DNA of 64,000 nt from Botryllus schlosseri (lineage: Eukaryota): contig CM119381.1 in the NCBI GenBank assembly GCA_051294905.1, positions 11,904,001-11,968,000 of the forward strand. Direction: 5' to 3'. Both the position numbers and the translations under genes were made by a program. Shown here one piece after another: positions 41,701-53,700 of this stretch. Positions within the stretch are counted from its first letter, which is position 1; every line of letters begins with the position of its first letter. Below the pieces are notes generated by a model. The model did no database searches. It saw only the letters and a list, made by a program, of their open reading frames with translations, and had not been told where the DNA came from.

Positions 41701-44700
41701 AGGAATAAAGGCTGAGAACCACTGATTTGACAGAATAGATTTCCGAAGATTGCACCTACTTGTAGTGCCAATAGCCATTTTGCGTTAGTCGCGAAGATGT
41801 AACTTGTGATTTCTAAAGTATCCCCCTGCGATTAAATGCAGAAATTACGTGGCCCTGGAACCCAATCTACTTCTTGAAACTACGCTACTTACTTGGTCGT
41901 TTTTATATCATTATTTTCTACTTCCGCTTGAAGTAGTTTTGCTATCGAGAATTACTACTACTTGTAATTGAGCAGAAGTACACAGCGTTACTTCTATTTC
42001 TACTTGAGTAGCGAAACTGACTATGGCAATCACCTCTGGTTATGGCTAACTCCATATAACGTAGAAGGCATTGAAAAGACATAGATAATGGAAATCGCCT
42101 AATCGGCAGTTCACTACCTCCAGATGTCTACGACTAAAGACAGAACTAATAACAAAAAATGTAGCATACGAAAAAGGTTGAAAAGAAATTTCATAGAATT
42201 TTTACCTCTGTCGCATGGCTGTTGTAATTTTGCGCCTCTTCCAGCATAGTGGCCAGGATCCGCCGTATACTGAGTCGAATTCCAGGAGCCTCCGATGCAA
42301 TAGTATCCAGGATCGCAAGGTCCGGTTACATTTGTGCCTGATGCTCCAGAACAGAAAGAACCGGCTTCGCAGAGTGTGCAGTTGTCTGGGCTGATGGCTC
42401 CTGGATGTTGGGAAAAATCATAGGTACTGGTATATCATTCCTGATTTGATCGAATCGACACCTTTTCCAAGAAAAGCGATTGGAAAAATTTGCCGTAAAC
42501 ACACGGGATTAAATTTAAAAGTATATTTCTACCTTCATAGTTCGATATCAATCCCGGGGGACAAGGGGACGGATAGGCGGAGCCCTGCTCGCAATAACCA
42601 CCTCTCGTACAAATGTCACCGGTGATGCTATCATTTGGAGTCTGAAAATGAAATTACAAAATGCTTTGCCACAGGTGGGGGATCCGCAAGCCGTGGCACA
42701 AGAGACTGTTTTTTGTGAGACATCGAATAGTTTGAAAATTGAAACACATAAATTTTAAAAATACAATTTGACATATTTAATTATTAGGTTTTTGTTACAA
42801 TACAAATAAGTCATAATTTTGTCAAAATTGTTCACAAAGTCAAAAATATTTTGCAACCTGCATTCTGTTTGTATCATAGATTTTTCACTGGCAGTGAACT
42901 TATCATTCGACATTTTACAGCTGGCAGCCTAATTTATAGGTCTATCAATGTAGACGGCCCATTATGAATCATAAAAGGTGTCATGCTCAATGTTCCGTAA
43001 TTTCCAAATTGAAGCAAGACTATGTGGGCATTGGTTCTTATATCAAGAAGCGCATGATGAAAGGTTGTGATGTAGACAACATTGTAAGAATGAAGCAACA
43101 CGGTGCGTTACCAGCCGTGTACGACTGTACACACAACTTTATTGTTATCAGCCAACAACTGCTGCTGTTGAACGTTCTTTCACGATTCTTGGGCAGCTAC
43201 TTAGTAAGGACAGACACGTTCTACCCGAGAATGTAGAGAAGTAACTTTTGTTGTCTTCATAGGGTCAGATTTCGTTTAAGTAAAGTTTTTTTATGTAAAA
43301 AATTTGCAGTTTTTACGTCAAAAATGTTCTTTTCAGGCCAAAAGGACAGACAGTTCACACAAGAAATAGAAATAAGTAGCACAATAATTGTAGCATTATG
43401 TGCAAAGTTAGTGACAGGATCGTAATGAATAATGCCTAACTGCAGTTACCAGCTTCACAATATGCGTTCATTGAAGCACCCCACTCGATAGGTTCGAAAA
43501 TAATGAAAGATGACCATTAACTAGCTACAAACTGTGCGATAGGAGGCGGTAACTTGTGAACTAATCGAACTGATCACTTGCTGCCAATTTAAAAAGCCTG
43601 GAAACTCAATGGTCCAAACGATATATTTAAGTTTACATGTATGGTGCGTTGTTAAGATTGGTTAATGTAATGCAGTGGTCGGGATCCTATGGCTCTTGTG
43701 GGTATAAGATATGGCTCTTTGACATATTTTCAAATTTGTATTCAATTTTATCGATATTGCAGCAACTTGTTACGGAAGGAATAAGTATTCTCGTGGCAGC
43801 ATAAATAAGTAGGCAGTGGCGTGTCCCAGGTTAAGGGCTCGGACCCCTTTACAAAATTCTCAAATTTAAGTTGCTGTAGCGCCAGCGACGAATATCCCTC
43901 CCGAATTCAATGTACCTGGCATCGCGCGCTGCGTAATCTTGGATTGCAACATACATTGGTTGATCAAGACAATAGTAGATGTAGGGACATCTATATGACA
44001 ATCTAGTTTTCAAATACATCTATATATCTATGATGACAAATATATCTACGCCGGGAAATGAACTGCCTTGGAATTGATATTCCAATTACAAATCTGAATT
44101 ACAAGCAACGCTTCGCTCATAAGTACCTTTCAAGTACCGGCGTTAAAATGTAGGCGTGTAGTGCAACGTTAATATCACCGCCTAATTAACAAGTTGATCA
44201 ATATTTAGATTTTCAGAATCAGTGGCATAGTTATATTAGATTAATATCAGTTACTATAAATTCTGAGCTTTTTACAATGAATTGCGCTATCACAGGATGA
44301 TTAGTAGTCTACGAGTTTTTACAGAAAAATACGGCCGCCCACGACGGATCCCATGTAGTCAGTTCGAATTAGTACTACCATGACGTCACGAATTCGAAAT
44401 TGCGACGTAACAATTGATTGACATGTATGGCTCTTTGAGAGTTTAACTGGAAAATATAGGGCGAACATGGCTCTTCGGGCAAAAAAAGGTTCCCGACTTC
44501 TGATGTAATGTAAAGCACGGCATAATGACAGTAATCAAGGTTAAATCATTGAAGTCTATCAACATAATAGAAAATTGCTCAAGATACCACAAAAATTCAT
44601 CAAGATCTTACCTGAGCCGCGCCACATGAAAGCTGCCAAAACCTGGTCTGGTCAATATCAGATGGCATACCTGAGGCTGTAAACTAGATCTTAAGTAACT

Positions 44701-47700
44701 TAAGAACTTAAGTGACTGTCGGTATAAAACTGGCATATTGCTTTCATAACTGATCGATACTAGTTATTAGTTAGCCATCTATTTTACAGGATCACGACCT
44801 GACATAGCAATCTCACTTACCGACACATGCCACCTTTTTTCATCAACTGTCCTTTTATATTATTTTCCTCTACTTTTCATTCAGTGTGCATGCCTCCTTT
44901 TTTATATCGCCGAAGCCAGGTGGGTGTCTGATTTCGAAAAAATGCTCCAAGTCGTTTTGACCAAGGTTTTGGAGCCAGAGCAAGGACTTGGAGCCCCGGA
45001 GTCGGTTGTTTAAACGGTAGCTCCGGCTCCGATGTACTTTATAAGATGTTTTTACTTATGATTGATTTCACATAATTTTTCGATGATAATCGTTCACAAA
45101 ATTAGGAATTGTTGCCTCTTTGGCATAACATTTTGTAACTAACCAGTAACCATGTTCAATGTCCGTGTCCATACATGGGCGCCAAACCTGGGTAGGCTGG
45201 ATTTGCCGCGCTTACTCCGTAATTACTTTATTATGGGTATACGCGCAATTTCGCTTTCAGCACTACGACGATGGCCAATTGTGTGGTTCGAAAAATAAAA
45301 AGACCATGCATGTGAGCTGAGCAATTTACCTAATTAGTAATGAGACGAATATTTAAGCCAACGCCAGAGGATAAAAATGTGACCTTGCTGCACATTTCGA
45401 TTTGGAGGCCCGCATCTATATTCATTCATGTCGGCTTGATACACTCGTATTATTGAATTGTTGCGCAATGTCACTTGCGAGTTTGCAGTTCCATTGGCTA
45501 CTGACTTGTACAGTGTACGGCGCGGCTACTGACTTGTACAGTGTACGGCGTTCCTTGCGACGGCTACTACCGAGTCACAGTTGCGGGAGACGCGGCTGAA
45601 GTAGGAGCTAATTTATGATAAAAGAGAGCTCCGGAGTTGGAGCTGGAGCAGTTCCAAATGTACGACTGCTCCAAAGCACTGGTTTCGACACCTTCTTTTT
45701 TTCAATGTATCACAGCCTTGTGGTGTATTGAAATCATGAAATTATAAGCAATAAATTGAATTGAATTATATTGAGTCATTGCATTCACACGGAAAGTCTT
45801 TGAGGCAAATAAATAACTGCTATGAATGTAGTCCATGAAGCAAAACTTGATGAAACCAAAAAAGTTTTTATTAATTTTTACTGCTACATGTCTATTTAAC
45901 GTATCTCCGTATTGTTATCCGTATTGTTATCTCCGTATTTTGTTATATGACTACCGCAGAGTCATTGTTACGGCCGACTTCGTCCAACGTTCTTTTAAAA
46001 GAACATAGTTGAATCACATTTTATCAAACATCTTTTCATTTGAACTTCTGTTAATATGCTGTCATTGTGTTGTCAACTCTTGATAAGGGCACACAGAAAT
46101 ATTGCGTAAATGAATGGTACTGCAATGAAGGTAGTATTGAAATCAAGATTACAAATTGTGTGTCTGAGAGGAAAAAATATATACCGGTGTGTATGCCTGT
46201 CCTGTGCAATAATATCCAGCCCAACATTCTCCCGTAGGCTCCGTTTCACCAACCCCTGCACAGTAATAGCCGCCCGTGCAAGGTGTGCATTCGGAGGAAG
46301 TCTTCAAACCTGTCGAATTACCATACGTGCCTGGCTTGCAAGCGGGGAGCACGTTACTTGTACCCGGCGGGCAATAACGTCCCTGGATTAGAAGAAAAAG
46401 AAGCAATTGATATCATCACCCAATTTGCAAAACTCATCATTATGATCCGAGTACTCGAATCTGAATCGAGTATTAATCGCAATAATTGAAGTTGAGCAGA
46501 GAGAGACGATTATTAGAGAACTAGAATTACACATCACTTTCCATTAAGAATTATATTATAAACAACAATTATTATTACAGCATCCTGAACATGCATTACG
46601 GAGCTGCCAGGCACTATAGAGGGAATGATATTTCTGTGAAGTCATGATCCACCCAAAGCATTGTCACAAAGAACAATTGTCGAAAATATAAAATCATTAT
46701 CTTTATGTGGCATGGCACGTTAATGGTGCACATTTGATCTCTCTACGTCATCCATACTTTAATGACATCATAGTCAACTTCAAGCCTAACACTAGATTCA
46801 GAATCAAATCCCTCAGATACTCGACTTTTTCCAGCCCTAATATCATCCACATACTCGTTCGCATATCGTCGGGACGGACGTGCCCTGATTTGGACAGTAA
46901 TGGCCAGATATGCATTCCGCACAACTGCTTGACGACACTGCAGCTGATCCATTCAGATATGTTCCAGCTGGACACGGATAGCTATCCGGCGGGCCGGTAC
47001 CTTCCGGGCAGTAGTATCCACCTGGACAATCTCCCTCCTGAATAGATTAATAGTTCGATCTGATTGGATCAACAATAAGATTCAATTGTGAAGCATATGA
47101 GTACGTAAAAAATAAGGCTTCTGAAGCAGACTTTCAAGAGCAATTTGACGCAAATTCAAATCAAATCTTGTTTGACTTTGATTGTACCATGAAACCCGCA
47201 GTTACATAAACATTTCTCCAATGTGACTATAATAGTTATGAAATCCTTTTCGAACTGATATAGGTGACATACTAACATATTTTGCCAGCTTCCAATACAA
47301 TCAAGAGGTTGCAGACAGATAGCTCCACTACATAACCGTGGTAGGCATAGGTAATGTGACAAAAATTTTCAAATTCAGCACATTTCTCAATTGTTCCAGG
47401 TTTTAACAAAGCAAAGAGTAAGATCTTCGCTGTGGAGTATTTGATATTTCGGTATAATGTACTGTGAACGCCTTAATTTGTCTTACCGTTAATTTGAGAT
47501 ATTTAGCAAGATGTCTAACAGGTAGGCTTATATTTTAGAGAGTATTTTGTGCACTACTGCACTATTTTGTCCACTAAACCGTAAACTGAATATTTGTCAA
47601 GATGCGGGACTGACGGAAGCCAATTTGTCGAGAGATATAAATTTGGAAGAAATGGTGCAGATTCTTGACCCTCCCCTGATCATATAGAGCTATTTCCAAC

Positions 47701-50700
47701 CGAAAAAATTATTGCAAGTATCTAAAATCCTTATGAAATAGCGTCAGCGGTGGATCAAAATACTATCTCTAGACAGCTGAGGTCCCATTCATTAAACGGC
47801 ACACGTGAAAGGAAAAGCAATGAGCACTTTTACCGAGCTTGCAAGCAAGCAACATTGCGCAATTCCGTCTTTCGAAGGTGTGCCAGTGATATACATGATG
47901 TAAACGGGTTCGCTTTCGATGTTTACTACTCATTTTTACAAAAAATACAATCGCTTACCGGCGCAGTCAAATTTTCAGCATTGCAGTATTTGCCTTCCGT
48001 GCAGAAAGTACAATTGGATTCCGCTTCAAGTCCAGTTTTGTCACTATATGTTTCAATCGGGCAAGGTTGTGGATATGCGTGCTAATAATTAAAATCATGC
48101 CTTCAATTGCACAAAATGATATACTTGGACTCGGCAGCTTACTTGATCTCCTCTGGGACAATAAAAACCAGCTGGACAAGAGTCGTTCAACAAGTTTGGA
48201 CCCGACGTACGTCCTATCTCGCAGTGCATGCCGGCCGGGCAGTATTTGAAAAGCTCCATTTGCTGTCTTGACGTCGTGTTTGTGTCGCAATAAAAGCCCG
48301 CTTCACACACGGTACATTCAGAAGCTCCAATGTCCTAATATCAAGGAAAAAACCTCACTACGATATTTGCGAGTTCCGTGTACGATACTATATGGACTGT
48401 ATACTGTTTAAATCTTCATAGCATTCAACGAGATCACAAATTGCGATTATGAGAAAAGGTTGAAGTCAATTCCAGCATCAAAAAATCATGTAGCATCTAG
48501 ATTCTAGAAACAGCATCATTGCAAAAATATTCACCGAGTAATATCCTCTACCGCATGGAACCTCTTCTTCGGTGCCATTGTCTGGGCAGTAATAACCATC
48601 CGGGCATGTCGTGCAAGCGCTATCATCTAGAGAACTAGTGTCCGCATTGAAAGTACCTCTGTAAAAGGAGACAGTGTACTGTACCACTTACCATAAGAAA
48701 CAAAATACGGCGTAACATTCCGCGTATACTAATACTGCATCAATAGAAAGTCTAATAGCTGGTAATAACCGTTTTTAGTAAGCACGGTTGCTGTGGTAAT
48801 ATGATAGAATGTATCAGAAAATTGGTTAGGTCAGGCTTTTCTCGCACACAGGTTTAATATGGTGTCTCAAAGAATCGCTATAGCATCTCTTTCGTGTGAA
48901 TAGTGAATACAGGTGAATACAGGTGACTTGACCGAAGTCTCATTTTGAACAATTTGACATGACTTGAGACTTGACTAACATAAAATCACTTGACTTTGAC
49001 TAGATGTATGAGAAACATCAAATGACTCAAGACTTTGAATCCCATTTTTGAGTTAATTTTCGAGTCACTTTCAAGTCACAGTTCCACTGTGCAAGCATTC
49101 GGAACCTCTCAGCCGTAATCACATCAACAATATCAATCCTTTTTCTGACGGGATTCCATTTGCATCATGTTTTCAATACAATTCATTCTATAGGCAGCAA
49201 CATCCCAGTCTAAACAGCTTCAGCATGATCATAGCTGCCGTCATAATTACCTTGATGGGCAGTTCAACCATAGATTAATTTTGTCATTGAGTATTGTTTG
49301 TATAAAACTAGCTTTGTTTCCGTAAAATGGAATATCTATATATCAATCAGGTAAAAATCCTTACTGGGCCTAATTTTAGAATAAAGATTCACTTCACATG
49401 CTATTTATGAAGTCCATCACTGTAATAGAACACACACTAAACATCTGTATGGATTTGGGTGATAGGAATTCATACAATCCCATACACATATATTTTCCAC
49501 CATGACCAAAAGTTGTTTTTTTATAGGCCACTTATCTATACACATTCGAGGTTGGCGTTGCCTACAGCCTTTATTATATAGCATTTCAGTCGGATAGCAA
49601 CATTACACTCCCATTGCATTTAGCATGAAGTGTGCACTATAGGCAGCATTCTCAGAACCATACAGAAACGGCATGGCAAAACATGTACGCTAGACAAGCA
49701 TTCACATCTACTACTAATCTTACATGGAGATAGTAAAACATCAGAGAAAAATATAATATGATAAATTTATATAACAAAATCTTATATTAGAAACTTACGG
49801 AGGGCATGGCTCTGGATCCACGGACCCTTCGTCACAATAAAATCCGGCAGGACAATCATCACAATCTTCCCATCTCACATTTCCCGTTTGATTTGAAAAG
49901 GAACCGGCCGAACAAGGAAAGGATGTGTTCGACTTGGTGCCTGGAAGAAATTGCATCGAATAAAAACGGTAATGCCACAGATGCAGAAATTACATAATCT
50001 ATGTACCCTAGTATTGCCACTACTCCATTCCAGTCGCTGCGTAACAGTTGACTTTGACTGTCATATCAGCATTGGTATGAATATCATGTTATAAGCGGAT
50101 AGTACAAGATGGGACGAAAAGGTTACACAGGTCTGAAGTAGGTATAGCTGGAGCTGGGCACATCAATTGGAGTACTCAAATCCAAGCCGAGAATAAATTG
50201 TAATTTACTGACTGAAGTGGTGATAGTTTATTTTTTCGAGTAACCAAAATATACGCCTTCACACAACAAATAATGTTTCATCAACGTAAAACAGTTTCAA
50301 CTCTTCATTTTCACAGCCAGGGCCTTGAAGTCTTGTTTAGTCGGGTCAAAGCTTAATACTCGACTCATAGCGAAATCATCCAGATTAGTGCTTAGTTATA
50401 AGATTTGTTTCCAGACATGACGACCATTCCATGACTTACCAAGGATTTCAAAACTGGTATATACAACATCATTACATAGAGACAGGGAAATGCACCGATT
50501 CAATGAAATTCAGAATGCAGGCTTCGCTGAATGGATATGGCGAGAAACAGCTGTAGCAGGGTAAGTGCAATTATATCCTCAAATAAGTCCTCAGATGAGA
50601 TGCCTCAACGTTACTTTTCATAACTTGCCAAGTTGAAAGTCATTAGTTGTATTCGAATACTTTGTGACTGATACTGTCACACCCTCAGAGACAATATAGC

Positions 50701-53700
50701 TCATAACAATATGACTCATAACAGAAATGGAAAATAGTTTAGACATCACTCCTCGTTGTACCCCTTTATAGCCATGATTTGATAATCGGACTTCCACCCA
50801 AAGTGATTTTGCAAAATGTTACATCACCTTTGCATTTGCACAGATTAGTCTGCATTCTGCAATAACTGGGTGTTGTTACACTGGGTAAACACTATCAGAC
50901 AAACAAAGTGACAAATGATGAATATTGGTAAAACCTGGAGGGCAGTAATATCCGGCAGGGCATGGTCCTTCTGGTGCACTGCTTCCCTCGGGGCAATAAT
51001 ATCCTCTCGGACATTCCCAGCACTCATCGAGCCAAGCAAGATTTGTCTGGTTAGACCAGGACCCGGCCGGACAAGGGTGTTCGTCAGCGGTTGCGGTTCC
51101 GTTTGGACAGTAATGGCCCTCTGCGCATGACTTGGGACGAAGATTGGTACCCCCAGTTCCTAAAACATGAAATATTCAGAATAAAAGCAGAGAGTGTACG
51201 GACTGCGTAATTTTACCTGCTTCGCAATAGTATCTTTCTGGACACAGAGAACAGTCGTCCTGCGAAGTTGCGTTTTGAAAATTGGTATATGTACCGGCAT
51301 TGCAAGGGTTTTCATCAGGCAATGCAGTGCCCAGGGGACAGTAATGCCTGGAGATCATTGTATGTGTAAAGGCACCACGATGAAAACAACGCAATATACA
51401 CCAAATTCAGCATAATGCATGCAGTCATGAATAAAATTGCAATTGAATTTGTACCACGTTAATAAAAGTATCAAACAGGGTTTAGCTATTGAGAATCAAT
51501 TTTGGGCCCTACTTTGGTTCACTTTTCCTCTGGTAAAATTAATAGTTTTCATATTATATTATGAACTGGCTAAATCAAAATCCAAACTTGGAAGATATGG
51601 TGGAATTCGACTACGATGAATTTCAAACGGGAAGATAATCGTACTCCGTGAAACCAAATCTGCTAAACCACCCAAAATTTCAGCAAAATCCTATTCCTAA
51701 TTTTGGATTTTTCATGGAACCAATAAATAAAGGCGAAGGTAAAAAATCCAAAATGTTGTAATCATGAATCCAGCAATATTCTCAGATACAAGTTGAATAT
51801 GAATCACTATCTAGCAGCTATCGCCAGCATATTTTTGATAAACTGTTTGTCTGGTGTTCAGCTTCATTCACTGTTGTTTAAAAGGGCTTGGGTATCAAGT
51901 GCCAAAATGTATCTATAAAGGAGATATAATACTTTTTCAGTCCCAAAAATCTCAATGTCTCTACTTGAAATCGATATGATGTTTCGAAGTCAGGAAGAGG
52001 AAGGCCGATTTTGCACTCACCCAGCTTTGCACGGCACATCAGGAGCGGTTAGGGCGTTGGTGGTACAAGCAAATCCTGCAGAACAATCTTCGCAACTGTC
52101 GGGATCTCCCTGGCCAGTGCGGGAATTGAATGTGCCGTTTGAGCAAGGGATTGGACTTGCTGTTCCTGCCGGACAGTAATGGCCCGACTGACAGTCAACA
52201 CATTCCTCCCTAACTGAAACATAAGAAAGAGCATTGGTCAATCTGGCATTGCGATTACAGATTCTTAAGCAAATTGAAATATTTGAATGATTTAGTAGAT
52301 CTTGCTTTGCTCGAGCACGCCATTAAATTTTGATATCATCAGGACACAGTGACGATATCGCAGCATTGTGACCGAGCAGCAAAAATCTACAAAACGGATA
52401 GACAACACAGGTTATTGAAAACGTTGAGCAAAATTGAGAGCCTGAGTGATTCAATATTCGAATTTGAGTAAAGTTCAGTATTCAAGTATCACTCACTAAC
52501 GTTAAAACAGTATGAAGGATTCAGAAAGTACATAGATGCATCTTATGTGAGTCAAAAAATATATGATTCTAGTGACACAACACAGAAAAGCTTATATGGC
52601 ATTTTTCAAACATGTTTTTCATTGAATTTCGTGACATTACTGTAGTACTGCAGCGTCAGTATTGTTTGCGTTATACTGGAGCCGAACCTTGGCTCCTGGT
52701 AATTGGTATAGGCTAATGATTAGTACCCTGATTGCTACGTTTATTTAGTGGCCTTATATTACGATCACTTGTGGTATTGGGCCGTCTCTTCTGCAATAAA
52801 CGTTTTTCGTGTGTCGACAGTGTTTCATGGTACAACAGCGGATACAGACTCCATATCTTAGTGCAGCACATAAATGTCATCTCTCCTACCGTAACTAGCT
52901 TTGTGCTACAAGTTTTGGATGCTGTGATTCTACTAGTTGTAGCTTCGACGCTGCTACAGTACAAAGTATCGTTGATAATATAACTATTAATGGCAAGGGA
53001 CGTATTGTTTCGGTAAAAATCCGTCTCCCACTACTTAATTGGCTCGAATCATTACAATTAATACCCAATTCGCAATTAAACACTCAATTGTCCTGCCCAG
53101 TCCTAGTTTTGACACATAATCGATACAAAACGTGGCGAAAGATACATCAAATAAGTCTAAAAATTGATAGTATCAGCACGTCAACAAATCAACTACCGTA
53201 TCTAGCTTTTATACGAGTGTTGCATCAGAAAACACACACCTTCTGCGCCTTGTTGTGGAGTGTACGTCCCGGGGTCACAAGCTCGGGGAGTAGCGACACC
53301 ACTATTGCAATAATGACCACGTGGACACGGCACTTTGTCAGTCTCCGAGCCTGAATATCAAACAAAAATAATATTGGAGATAGTCGTTTCATCTGACGAG
53401 CTCATAACATAAATACCTTGAGCACAGTATCGTCCGGCAGGGCAATCTTTACATGACGCTTCACTTTGTTGACCTAAATCAGGTCCATATTTCCCAGCAG
53501 GGCACGGTTCATCTTGTGCATTCTCAGTGTTTTTGGGACAGAAATGTCCCCTCGGACAGAGGTACATCGCACCTGGCAATCCTTTGGTGCCTTCCGGGCA
53601 GAAATACCCTTAAAACAAAATCATACTGATATTTTTACATGCCGCATACTTCCTTACACCCGAATACATGATTCTTGTATGTTCTGGTTTGACCAGAACT

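Noticed and set aside
52713-53083. Overlapping 60-83-aa ORFs as a nested gene or LINE fragment
   Set aside because: No recognisable motif, splice pattern or codon signal; left unassigned.
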